A program made the position numbers and the translations under genes. The notes beneath the pieces are model-generated. The model searched no databases, was not told where the DNA came from, and saw only the letters and a list, made by a program, of their open reading frames with translations. Shown here piece by piece: positions 40,296 through 49,384 of a DNA stretch of 64,000 nucleotides (position 1 is the stretch's first letter; every line of letters begins with the position of its first letter). The stretch comes from an uncultured Chloroflexia bacterium. Its GTDB lineage: Bacteria > Chloroflexota > Chloroflexia > Thermomicrobiales > UBA6265. The stretch lies in the NCBI GenBank assembly GCA_963724295.1, contig CAVRUC010000004.1, positions 331,551 through 395,550 on the forward strand, read 5' to 3'.

Positions 40296-41759
40296 TCAAT
40301 GGCCGCCCACGGCACCGACGTCGGGTAGCTCGCGCCGCCCTTGCTCGAAGTCCCTGATGCGGCGGAGAAACGCCCACCCCATCAGGACGGACGCCGGCGT
40401 GGTTGTCAGCACGAAGGCCAGCCAGACCAGACCCAACCCGCCGTCGAACCAACGAACGAAGATCCAGGCGAACAGCACCGACAACCACATCGTCGACGCA
40501 CCGATGATGAGCGGAGTTCGGGTATCCCCGCTGCCGCGCAGAGCGCCGCTGCTGACGAACCAGAGTGCCCAGAACGGCAGGGCCAGGCTGAGCGCCTTCA
40601 GCGCGGCGACACCCGCCGCGATCACCTCTGGATCGGCCGAGAAGAGACCCATTGCACGATCGCCGAAGATGAAGGCCAGCACGCCGCCAATACCCATCCA
40701 GACCAGAGCCCAGCGCAGCGAGATCGTCCAGGCCGTCTTCGCATCGGACGGTACGCGCGCGCCGATACTCTGGCCGACGAGTGCTGTCGCGGCGATGGAG
40801 AAACCGAAAGCGGGCAGCAAGGCGACCGACAAGGCGGTGAAGGCGATCTGCTGCGCGGCAAGCGCTGACGTGCCGATCAGGGCCACCACGGCGATCAAGG
40901 TCATGAAGGCGCCGGAGCTGAGGACCTGTTCGACAGCGGCCGGCACCCCGAGCGTGAGCAGCTGTCTGGCGATCGGGAATTTGGGTCGCCACCCCCAACC
41001 GCCATGCAGTGAGATCGCCTTTCGCCCGCGTGCCATCGCGAAGAGCATGTAGGCGGCGCCGATGCCGCGACCCGCCGCAGCGCCAATCGCGCTGCCTGCG
41101 ACCCCAAGCGCCGGGAAGCCGAGGTGCCCAAAGATCAAGACGTAGGCGACGACGACGTTGACGACGTTGGCTATGACCGCGGCCGCCAGCGGCGTACGAC
41201 TGTCACCAGCGCCGCGCAGCACGGCGCCGCAGACGAATGAGAGAAACAGCGCCACGCTGGTCGCGGCAGTGATCTGCAAGTAGATCGTCGCGGCGGCGGC
41301 GACATCTGACTCGGTACCGAAGAGCGCGATGATCGATGGTGCGGAGTAGTACATGGCGACCGAAACCGGGACCGCCAGTAAGAGTCCCCAGACGATGGCC
41401 TGCCGCGCGAGGTGATTGGCGCGATGGCGCTCTCCGGCGCCAATGGCCTGCGAGACGAGAACCGTGGCCCCGATATCGATCGCGGAGAGGATCGAGATGA
41501 TGAAAAAGACGATCTCGAACCCGGTGCCCACCCCGGCAACGGCTGCCGCGCCCAGGCGAGCCACCATAAAGGTGTCGACAGCCGCGACCATGGTCTGCAG
41601 CAGGTTTTCGCCGATGATCGGCGTTGCCAGCGTCAGCACGCGCCGCTGCGTCATCGGCTCGTGTTGCGGCTCGTCCAGTTGCGACGACCTTTCATAAGGA
41701 AGCAAAGGCGTGGCGTCGATCTCAGTGGCTTCGAGCACACTATCGATTGTCGCGTTCAT
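40296..41759 (-). CDS. MATE family efflux transporter
   Basis: VDTFMVARLG, LRGAGDSRTP and LRGSGDTRTP in two halves, about 12 TM segments. Confidence 0.93.
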   Translation of the reverse strand: MNATIDSVLEATEIDATPLLPYERSSQLDEPQHEPMTQRRVLTLATPIIGENLLQTMVAAVDTFMVARLGAAAVAGVGTGFEIVFFIISILSAIDIGATVLVSQAIGAGERHRANHLARQAIVWGLLLAVPVSVAMYYSAPSIIALFGTESDVAAAATIYLQITAATSVALFLSFVCGAVLRGAGDSRTPLAAAVIANVVNVVVAYVLIFGHLGFPALGVAGSAIGAAAGRGIGAAYMLFAMARGRKAISLHGGWGWRPKFPIARQLLTLGVPAAVEQVLSSGAFMTLIAVVALIGTSALAAQQIAFTALSVALLPAFGFSIAATALVGQSIGARVPSDAKTAWTISLRWALVWMGIGGVLAFIFGDRAMGLFSADPEVIAAGVAALKALSLALPFWALWFVSSGALRGSGDTRTPLIIGASTMWLSVLFAWIFVRWFDGGLGLVWLAFVLTTTPASVLMGWAFLRRIRDFEQGRRELPDVGAVGGH

Positions 41760-41872
41760 GAACCCTCTCAGCTTGGTGAACCTGGACCGGCCGCGTGAAT
41801 GCCTTCGTCAGGGCAACCACGCGGCCGGTATCCCGGGATTGTGCTTCTCGGACTGTGGCTCGAACGTCTGGC

Positions 41873-42253
41873 CTAACAGTCCCCGGCGGCGCAGGGCTGC
41901 GCCGTGGCTGGCGCACTCGTTCCCCGGGCCAGGACCACCATGCCGGCGTACGGCTGCGAAAGTCCGCCCGCCCGCGCATTCGGAATCGCTTGTGACTCCT
42001 CCGCGGGTAGAGGACGTAGCCAGGTCTCGACCAGTGCGGGAGACCTGACACCGTCAACCGAGAGGGGCCGGGGCAAGAGGCGCTGTCGAAACGCGGTGAC
42101 CAGTCGTGAGATGGTGAATCGTGTCGCCGGAATGCGAAGGCCATCACCGCGCTGTCGCGCCGCCTGAATTAGCCGCGCCCGGTCGGCCTCACGGAATCGA
42201 CGCTGCTGCAGCTCTCTGGCGTGGACTTCGAGATCCCAAGTACTGTGGTTCAT
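41873..42253 (-). CDS. Small hypothetical protein divergent from the WYL regulator
   Basis: RBS GGAGAGG before ATG; MNHSTWDLEVHARELQQRRFREADRARL. Confidence 0.55.
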   Translation of the reverse strand: MNHSTWDLEVHARELQQRRFREADRARLIQAARQRGDGLRIPATRFTISRLVTAFRQRLLPRPLSVDGVRSPALVETWLRPLPAEESQAIPNARAGGLSQPYAGMVVLARGTSAPATAQPCAAGDC

Positions 42254-42371
42254 GACCCAACCTCTCCGCGTAATCGGCGCCGGCCGTGGGGGTGACGACC
42301 CGTGTGGCACACTTCCGGTTTGGGGGCGAAAGAACATGTGTTCTTTCTCTGGTACCATCGTATCGTCGAAT

Positions 42372-42390
42372 GCGGACAGGGAAGGTCCGC
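42372..42390. promoter_or_regulatory. Palindromic operator, probably for the YafY/WYL regulator
   Basis: GCGGAC-N7-GTCCGC in the divergent intergenic region. Confidence 0.55.
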
Positions 42391-42450
42391 TTTCGTCGCC
42401 GCTCTGAAACTCGAGAGAATCGGGCGTAGCAACTTCGGAGGGGCGGAGAC

Positions 42451-43464
42451 GTGTACCACCCGACGACACGCGTTCTCGCGGTCCTGGAGCTGCTTCAGGC
42501 TCGTGGCCGGCTGTCCGGTCCGGAGCTGGCGGAGCGGTTGGAGGTCGATCTCCGCACGGTCCGCCGCTACGTCACGATGCTGCAGGATCTCGGTATCCCG
42601 GTCGAAGCCGAGCGCGGCCGTCACGGCGGATACCGGCTACGGCCAGGGTTTCGCCTCCCCCCGCTCGTCTTCTCGGACGACGAAGCGCTGGCCTTGACTC
42701 TTGGCTTGCTCTCAGCGCGCCGGCTGGGTCTGGTGACGAATGCGGCGACGGTCGAGGGAGCGCTCGCCAAGCTCGATCGCGCCTTGCCACCCGACGTGCG
42801 CGCCCGCGTGTCGGCGGTCCAGGAGACGCTCACCATCGATCAGGCCCGCGGTCAAGCTATCCCGGCGACCACGACGGTCATGGCGCTTGCGGCGGCGGTT
42901 CAGGACTCCCGCCGCGTGCTCATGCGCTATGAATCGGCGAAAGGTGAAGCTACCGAGCGCCTGGTCGACCCCTACGGTCTGGTCCACATGGTGAGTCGCT
43001 GGTACGCACCGGGGTATTGCCATCTGCGAGCTGATTTACGCCTGTTCCGGCTCGACCGGGTTCGCGGTGTCGACGTGCTGGACGTGACGTTCGAGCGGCC
43101 GGTGGACTTCGACCCGCTGGCCTTCGTCCAGGACGCATTAGCGGTGGCGCCGAGCGCCTGGCACATCGAAGCCCTCCTCCAGACCAGCCTCGAAGAGGCG
43201 AGACGCGTCGTCCCGCTCCATGAAGCCACGCTCGAACCGGCCGGCGATGGCGTCATCATCCGGCTCAACCTCGAGTGTCTCGACGAAGCAGCGCGCTATC
43301 TCATCCAACTCGGCTGCCCGTTTCTGGTCAGACAGCCGGACGAGTTGCGGACCGTGCTGCGTGCATTGGCCGCCGAGATCGTGCAAGCGGCGGAGCCGGA
43401 CGTAGACGGCAAGACGGCAAGACGGCAAGACGGCAGACGGCAAGACGGCAGAGGAGACGGCTAG
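42451..43464 (+). CDS. YafY family HTH-WYL-WCX transcriptional regulator
   Basis: ELAERLEVDLRTVRRYV, GGYRL..G..LPPL, VDPYGLV..RWY..GYC, FRLDRV. Confidence 0.93.
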   Translation: MYHPTTRVLAVLELLQARGRLSGPELAERLEVDLRTVRRYVTMLQDLGIPVEAERGRHGGYRLRPGFRLPPLVFSDDEALALTLGLLSARRLGLVTNAATVEGALAKLDRALPPDVRARVSAVQETLTIDQARGQAIPATTTVMALAAAVQDSRRVLMRYESAKGEATERLVDPYGLVHMVSRWYAPGYCHLRADLRLFRLDRVRGVDVLDVTFERPVDFDPLAFVQDALAVAPSAWHIEALLQTSLEEARRVVPLHEATLEPAGDGVIIRLNLECLDEAARYLIQLGCPFLVRQPDELRTVLRALAAEIVQAAEPDVDGKTARRQDGRRQDGRGDG

Positions 43465-43540
43465 ACTGGTAGCCGGTAGCTGGTAGCTGGTAGAACGATC
43501 CTCCGACATCCGACGTCCGACGTCCGACCTCCGACCTCCA
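43405..43540. repeat. Cluster of three short tandem repeat tracts
   Basis: (GACGGCAA)n, (TAGCTGG)n, (TCCGACN)n between convergent genes. Confidence 0.85.
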
Positions 43541-43573
43541 GTGCCTGGGGACGACACCCTCTGGTGCCCCGCT

Positions 43574-44512
43574 CTAGGCGCGGGCGACGGCCGGCCGCGG
43601 CAGTGGCGACATGACTGTGTCCGGATCGAGACGGTGCAGCAGATCGAGGCCGAGCTTCGCCCGGCGCAATCGCTCCCTGGTCAGGGAGACCGCTGTGGCC
43701 TCGAGATGAGTCCCGCTGGGATAGATGTTCGGCGCGTTGCGTAGACCAAATTTGAGATAGACCGGCGCCGTGACACGCACGATCTCCGCGATCTCGTAGT
43801 GGCGGATGAACCCACCGACGTCGTCGGGGACCTCGATGTAGATATCGAGCGGCATCGTCGTCGCCGCGCGCAACGCGGCAAGCTGGGCCAGGCTGAGATC
43901 TGTCGGAACGTTGAAGGTGGTCAGACCGAGCCGTTCCAGGTTCCGCACCGAGACCGGGTTGGCGGCCCCCAGCATGACCGAGCCCTTGAGAATGAGGCTC
44001 GGCGGCAGCTCGCCGGCGCGCTTCATCTCACCCAGCACTTCGAGCAAACCTTCATCGGTCACCAGCACGCTCTCGATGCCGTGCTCGCAAGCGCGCCGTA
44101 CGTCCTCCACCGCCTGCACCAGTTGATCGGCGCCCCGCACCTTGGGAGCGACGATGCGGCCAGCCGTGGTGTAGGCCATGGCGCCCGTGTCCCAACCGGC
44201 GCGCGGCCCGACAAAGAGGCTGACCTCGATGCCTCGTTCCGCGGCGATCTCCCGCATCTGATCCAGCTCGTCGTCGGTGAGGAGCATGACGCCGCTGCCC
44301 TGGCTGACCCGGTGCACCGGCACTCCCAGCTCATCGGCGCTCTCGAAGACGGCTCGCAGCGCATGCGGCCCCTCGACCGATGGGATCTCGACCCGCCACT
44401 GTCCGCCATCGGGAAATCGCCGCGTCGAGCTGGGCAGATCGTGCAAGTCTCTCGCCGGCAGTCCCATACCCTCCAGGAACCGCCGTGTCCGCTCCATTCC
44501 GCTGCTTTCCAT
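43574..44512 (-). CDS. U32-peptidase-like TIM-barrel protein of unknown function
   Basis: RVEIPSVEGP, HRVSQGSGVMLL, PLDIYIE.PD..GGFIRHYE, PVYLKFGLRNAP. Confidence 0.65.
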   Translation of the reverse strand: MESSGMERTRRFLEGMGLPARDLHDLPSSTRRFPDGGQWRVEIPSVEGPHALRAVFESADELGVPVHRVSQGSGVMLLTDDELDQMREIAAERGIEVSLFVGPRAGWDTGAMAYTTAGRIVAPKVRGADQLVQAVEDVRRACEHGIESVLVTDEGLLEVLGEMKRAGELPPSLILKGSVMLGAANPVSVRNLERLGLTTFNVPTDLSLAQLAALRAATTMPLDIYIEVPDDVGGFIRHYEIAEIVRVTAPVYLKFGLRNAPNIYPSGTHLEATAVSLTRERLRRAKLGLDLLHRLDPDTVMSPLPRPAVARA

Positions 44513-44597
44513 CCGGCCCCCCAGTTCGTTCGTCATCGCTCGCAACCGGCATTCTACGGTTGACACGGGACGAGTAGCGGCAGCCATGCCCCACTCG

Positions 44598-45494
44598 TCA
44601 AGACCCTGGTTGAACGGAGCGAATGACTCTCCCGTACCGCTGCCGCAGGTTGCGATCACGCCGGACCTCGTGCAGCGCGAGCAAGGCGACGAGTGTCAGC
44701 AGCACCAGACAGCTGAGCACCCACATGTGGGGAATGAGTGCGGATCCGACCACGAGCACAGTAGTGAGAAGGATGAACACGATGGCGAGGAAGATGTAAG
44801 CGCAGGCATCGTCATCGCAGTCAGGCATCGAGATCTCGGGCGCTGGTCCGAAGTTCAGATATTCACGGGTAATGTAGTAGGCACGGGAGCCGACATACCC
44901 GTAGTCGACGCTCTGCTCCGCCGGCGGCAACTGACCACTCTCGGTTGGCGGAACCTGCTCGGTCATGTAGATGCCGAGAAAGAGCGCCACCGCAAACCCC
45001 GCGAACGCGGTCAGCATGATCCAGGTCGGGGTCCGGTACAACCGGTTGTTGTACCAGTCGGTCCTCCGTGCGAAGGCAAACACCAGGAGGGCGAGAGCGA
45101 TGGCCGCAACGCCGACCGGCATCCAACCGAACCACATCGCATTGGTCAGCTTTCCGTAATAGAAGATGCACCAGACATAGATCAGAGCCGAGATCGACGC
45201 GCCCAGGAGCAGGATGTGCGGGCGGGAGATCGTGCGTTGCTGCAGCTCTCTCCATTCATCCTGGAGATCGTCAGTGAGAAACTCCGGATGCGGACTGGTA
45301 ATGTTGGGCAGCAGGACACCGGGAATCAGGATCGTGCTGGTAATGGTCAACACCACCAGCGCGAGGATGAAAACGATGCGCCACGTCTCTAGCGGCAACC
45401 GGTGCCCCATGAAGAGCGCGGTCGACGCCAGACCGGCCAGAAGCGAGATACCGAAGAGCACGAGCGCGGCCTTCCTGAAAAAGGCCCACGGCAT
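44598..45494 (-). CDS. Hypothetical multi-pass membrane protein
   Basis: Several hydrophobic segments; upstream part of the ORF overlaps the opposite gene, so start placed at ATG 45494. Confidence 0.7.
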   Translation of the reverse strand: MPWAFFRKAALVLFGISLLAGLASTALFMGHRLPLETWRIVFILALVVLTITSTILIPGVLLPNITSPHPEFLTDDLQDEWRELQQRTISRPHILLLGASISALIYVWCIFYYGKLTNAMWFGWMPVGVAAIALALLVFAFARRTDWYNNRLYRTPTWIMLTAFAGFAVALFLGIYMTEQVPPTESGQLPPAEQSVDYGYVGSRAYYITREYLNFGPAPEISMPDCDDDACAYIFLAIVFILLTTVLVVGSALIPHMWVLSCLVLLTLVALLALHEVRRDRNLRQRYGRVIRSVQPGS

Positions 45495-45649
45495 CTCCAC
45501 GTCACGCTCTCCTGGCTCGATCGTTCTATCGACACGGCGGACGAAGGACTGTCCGGCCGTGCGTCCAATAGTGGACGACGTTGCGCCGACTCGCCACGAC
45601 AGCACCTCGTGCAGGGAAGCAATTACAGCCGAATGCGGGAGATGAGACG

Positions 45650-46120
45650 ATGACCGAGGAGAGAACCAGTCGCGACGCTCCAGCCGACGTACACGCGCTC
45701 CTCGAGCGCATCGAGGAGGCCTGGCGCCAGCTGTTTGCCGTGCTCGACGACATCCCCGAGGAGCGGCTGAGTGATCCCGGGGTGATCGGTGAGTGGTCGC
45801 TGAAGGACCTCTTCGGGCATCTCGCCTTCTGGGACGAGCACGCCACGGAGGAGATCGAGCGCGCCCTGGCCGGTCTCCCCCGCGAAGACAATGCCTGGCA
45901 GGAGATGAACGAGACCGATCACGCCGCGCGCCAGGACCGCACGCTTCCCGAGCAGCGGTCCGCGATGCACCAGGCACACGCCGCGCTCGTGGAGCGCCTC
46001 GAAAGCGTGGCCGGCATCGAGGCGGCGCGCATCGACGAGGCCATCCGCCCCGATACCTACGAGCATTACCTGGATCACATCAAGGACATTCAATCCTGGC
46101 GGCAACGCGCGGACGTCTGA
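45650..46120 (+). CDS. DinB/ClbS-DfsB family four-helix-bundle protein
   Basis: GEWSLKDLFGHLAFWD, TYEHYLDH. Confidence 0.85.
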   Translation: MTEERTSRDAPADVHALLERIEEAWRQLFAVLDDIPEERLSDPGVIGEWSLKDLFGHLAFWDEHATEEIERALAGLPREDNAWQEMNETDHAARQDRTLPEQRSAMHQAHAALVERLESVAGIEAARIDEAIRPDTYEHYLDHIKDIQSWRQRADV

Positions 46121-46180
46121 GCTAACCCCGCCTGGTAACCTCGCAAGTCGGTCGCGTTCCAGACGTGTAGCATCTGGCGC

Positions 46181-47272
46181 ATGACTGAGCCGGCACCCGA
46201 GCCCGATCGAGAAACCTCACGCGGCCGACGGCGCTGGTGGACGATCGCGTTGCTTGTTGTCGCGCTGCTCGTGGCAGCGGGCGCAGTGTTGTGGCTACGC
46301 CAGGGCACTACCCTCCCGCCACTGGCGCCAACGTCGGTCGCCGGTCCTCCTCTTCCCGGCGACACGCCGGAACTCAACGCGCCACTGCCCGTCACCGGGG
46401 TCTTCATCGAACCGGGTGACGGTCGTGCCCCGATCCTCGATGAAATGGATGCCGCGCGGCACTCGATCGACCTGGAGGTCTATATCCTCACCGACGACGC
46501 GATCCTGCAGTCGCTGGAGGACGCGCAGCGGCGCGGGGTCGAGGTTCGGGTCATCCTCGAGGAGCACCCGTTTGGCGGTGGCGGCGGCCAGGAGGAGGTG
46601 TTTGCTCGCCTCGAAAGCGCGGGGATCGCGGTCCGCTGGGGAAACCCGGTCTTCCGCTTCAGTCACATCAAGGCGATGATCGTCGACGACGCGGTGGCCA
46701 TCATCATGAATCAGAATCTGACCCAGTCAGCATTCGCGACGAACCGGGAGTTCGGGGTGGTGACCAACCGGCCTGATGCCGTGCGGGCCGCGGCGGCGAT
46801 CTTCGTCGCCGACTGGAGCAGAGGGGTGGAGCCCGATCCCGGACCGCTCGTCGTCAGCCCCACGAACGCGCGTGAGCAGCTTCTTGCCTTAGTGGATAGC
46901 GCGCGGGTCTCGCTCGATCTCTACGCCGAGGTGCTGCGCGATCCGCAGCTGCTCGACGCCCTGGCGTCCGCCGCGGAGCGCGGCGTGCGCGTCCGCATCA
47001 TCACCTCGCCGTCCGCCGATTTTGGCGCTGAGATGGATGCGCTGGCCGCGTCCGGGGTCGATATCCGGCTCTCGAGCAGTCTCTACATCCATGCCAAGCT
47101 GATCGTCGTCGACGGCGAGCGCGCCTTCGTCGGCTCGCAGAATCTCTCCGCAACCTCACTCGATCAGAACCGCGAGCTTGGCATCGTCGTCGACGACCCG
47201 GTAAACCTGTCTCGTCTCACCCGCACCTTCGCCATCGATTTCCGCGCCGCAACGCCCCCGGAGAGGCCATGA
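46181..47272 (+). CDS. Phospholipase D / cardiolipin synthase-like protein
   Basis: N-terminal TM; two HKD motifs HIKAMIVD and HAKLIVVD..GSQN..NRELG. Confidence 0.9.
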   Translation: MTEPAPEPDRETSRGRRRWWTIALLVVALLVAAGAVLWLRQGTTLPPLAPTSVAGPPLPGDTPELNAPLPVTGVFIEPGDGRAPILDEMDAARHSIDLEVYILTDDAILQSLEDAQRRGVEVRVILEEHPFGGGGGQEEVFARLESAGIAVRWGNPVFRFSHIKAMIVDDAVAIIMNQNLTQSAFATNREFGVVTNRPDAVRAAAAIFVADWSRGVEPDPGPLVVSPTNAREQLLALVDSARVSLDLYAEVLRDPQLLDALASAAERGVRVRIITSPSADFGAEMDALAASGVDIRLSSSLYIHAKLIVVDGERAFVGSQNLSATSLDQNRELGIVVDDPVNLSRLTRTFAIDFRAATPPERP

Positions 47273-47285
47273 GCGATAACGAGCA

Positions 47286-47419
47286 ACCCCTCATCCCCAA
47301 CCCTTCTCCCCGCTCCGAGGGGAGAAGGGAGAAAGCCCGGCACAGCAGTGAGCCCCTCGCCCAGCGCACTGGGAGAGGGGTTGGGGTGAGGGTTTTTGCC
47401 AGGAGTTGGGGGTGAGGGC
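47286..47419. repeat. REP-like palindromic element (CCCTCAYCCC..GGGAGAGGG type)
   Basis: CCCCTCATCCCCAACCCTTCTCCCC..GGGGAGAAGGG and CCCCTCGCCCAG..CTGGGAGAGGGGTTGGGGTGAGGG. Confidence 0.75.
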
Positions 47420-47421
47420 TT

Positions 47422-47811
47422 GTGCTGGATAAGGGCGGTTGGCTCGAAGCATTACCGGCCATTGCGGACAGATTGCGGGAAATCGGGTACGATATCGTCT
47501 CGTCGCAATCGAGTGCATCGCCTGGAGGCAGCATCGTCGCCCGGCGCGATCTCGGGGATCGGGCAGTCGTGCTGGCGATCGACGCCGGCGGGCGGTTCCG
47601 GGCCGAGATCACCTGGGTCGTCGGCGAGTGGCCGAGCCAGGACGAGATCGCCGGCGTCACGGTGAATGTGGTCGACGCGGTCTCGCGAGCGGTCACGGTC
47701 ACCGGTCAGATGTCCGGGCCGGAGCAGGTCGTCGAAGTCGTCACCGGTCTGGGGACAATCGCCTCGTGGGTGGATGTCGCGAATTCCGAGGCGCTACCGC
47801 CTTTGACCTGA
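47422..47811 (+). CDS. Hypothetical protein
   Basis: 129-aa ORF with genome-typical codon usage filling the gap. Confidence 0.6.
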   Translation: MLDKGGWLEALPAIADRLREIGYDIVSSQSSASPGGSIVARRDLGDRAVVLAIDAGGRFRAEITWVVGEWPSQDEIAGVTVNVVDAVSRAVTVTGQMSGPEQVVEVVTGLGTIASWVDVANSEALPPLT

Positions 47812-47843
47812 CGCCTCCTCCATGGCAAATCGCAAACACCCCC

Positions 47844-47872
47844 TTGACACCAGCCCTATGTACGTATATTGT
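47844..47872 (+). promoter_or_regulatory. Sigma70 promoter
   Basis: TTGACA (47844-47849) - 17 nt - TATTGT (47867-47872). Confidence 0.75.
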
Positions 47873-47880
47873 GTGCGTAC

Positions 47881-48079
47881 AGTCAGTCCCGAGGAGCCGA
47901 GAGCCACGGGTCATGACTCACCGGGAACGACAACGGCGGACGATGCTGCGGGGTTTCGTCCGGGACCGGGTCGGCAACCGGGCGGTTCGGGGGAAGCGTA
48001 CGCGTAGCGGGGCGACGTACGTGAAAGCCGTTCAGCACGAGTCGTGAACAGTACTCCGGTTTGTCGGGACTGATTTTTT
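47881..48079 (+). ncRNA. Rod-shaped ncRNA, candidate 6S RNA
   Basis: Nested pairings 47881-47892/48064-48075, 47911-47919/48039-48047 and 47932-47937/48027-48032; promoter immediately upstream; T6 tract at the 3' end. Confidence 0.6.
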
Positions 48080-48124
48080 GTCCTTAATCCCCTTCGATTC
48101 GTTTGCATCGGTCTAGCATCATTC

Positions 48125-49384
48125 ATGCAGCGCGGTGATCTCCGGCGCAACGCCAACTTCGTCAATCTGTGGGGCGCCGCCACCGTCTCGACCTTTGGGT
48201 CGCTCGTCACCCGCACTGCTCTTCCCTTTACCGCGATCTTGCTGCTCGATGCATCCCCATCCGCCATCAGTGTGCTGCGCGTCGCCGAGCTGCTGCCGGG
48301 CTTTGCCTTCGGGCTCATCGCCGGCGCCTGGGTCGATCGCCTCTCTCGCAAGCCAATCATGATCGCGACCGACCTCAGCCGCGCGCTCCTGGTTGCGGTC
48401 ATCCCCCTGGCCGCATTCCTGGGCTGGCTTGGGCTCGGACATCTCTACGTCATCGCGGCGCTGGTCAGTGTCCTCAGCGTCTTCTTCGACGTCGCCTATC
48501 AGTCGTTTCTCCCTTCGCTCGTCAAGAACGACGAGCTGGTCGAGGCTAACAGCAAGCTCAGCGCGGCGATGTCCGTCGCCGAGGCGAGCGCGTTCAGCTC
48601 CGCCGGGTGGCTGATCCAACTGCTGACCGCGCCGGTCGCGATGCTGGTCGATGCATTGACGTTCGTCGCCTCGGCGGGTCTCGTCGCTCGCATCAAGGAA
48701 CCTGATCTCCAGACCACGCCGAACTCAGCCGCGGCTCGACCCTCGATTACCAGCGAGGTCGTGGAGGGGTTACATGCGATCTGGCGGCAACCGATCCTGC
48801 GCGGGATGGTCGTCGCCGACTTGGCCCTGAATCTGGCCTTCGGACTCTTCGGAACGGCGTTTCTTCTTTACGTCAACCAGGAGGTTGGCTTCGATCCCGG
48901 TATCCTCGGTATGATCTTCGCGGTCGGTGGGGTGAGCTCGTTTCTCGGCGCGATGATCGCCGGCCGCCTGCCCCGCTTCGGAATTGGTGCGGTCATGGTG
49001 GCGTCGCTCCTACTCGCGGCGATCGGTCAGTCGTTCGTTCCGCTGGCCACCGCCGCGAACGCGGCCGGGCTGCTGCTGCTCATCGGCCAGCAGATCGTGG
49101 CCGACTCCGCGCTGACGGTCTATGACATCAATCAAGTCAGCCTGCGTCAGGCAATCGCCCCGGCGCATGTCCTGGGCCGGATCAACGCCAGCGTCCGGGT
49201 GATCGAGATCGGCGCGGTCCTGCTCGGCACGATCGTCGCCGGATACCTCGGCGAAACCGTCGGTCTGCGCGAGACGCTCTGGGCGGGAGTTGGCCTCTCC
49301 ATCCTCGCCGCGGTGGTCCTCGCGCTGTCGCCGGTGCGAGCGGTGCGGCGCATCCCGGAGACGGCGGTCGAGGTCCCGTTATGA
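48125..49384 (+). CDS. MFS transporter (DHA3/macrolide-efflux-like)
   Basis: GAWVDRLSRKPIMI motif A, about 12 TM segments, LGRINA. Confidence 0.92.
   Translation: MQRGDLRRNANFVNLWGAATVSTFGSLVTRTALPFTAILLLDASPSAISVLRVAELLPGFAFGLIAGAWVDRLSRKPIMIATDLSRALLVAVIPLAAFLGWLGLGHLYVIAALVSVLSVFFDVAYQSFLPSLVKNDELVEANSKLSAAMSVAEASAFSSAGWLIQLLTAPVAMLVDALTFVASAGLVARIKEPDLQTTPNSAAARPSITSEVVEGLHAIWRQPILRGMVVADLALNLAFGLFGTAFLLYVNQEVGFDPGILGMIFAVGGVSSFLGAMIAGRLPRFGIGAVMVASLLLAAIGQSFVPLATAANAAGLLLLIGQQIVADSALTVYDINQVSLRQAIAPAHVLGRINASVRVIEIGAVLLGTIVAGYLGETVGLRETLWAGVGLSILAAVVLALSPVRAVRRIPETAVEVPL

Noticed and set aside
43405..43540. CRISPR array
   Set aside because: Units are 7-8 bp without spacers; no cas genes or 25-45-bp repeat-spacer pattern seen in the window
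46181..47272. PLD nuclease defence gene
   Set aside because: N-terminal TM plus two HKD motifs fit a lipid-acting PLD; no helicase or defence neighbours
47881..48079. SRP RNA or a small CDS
   Set aside because: Lacks the SRP CAGG..GGAA..AGCAG domain IV motif; overlapping ORFs have no RBS and no recognisable protein features
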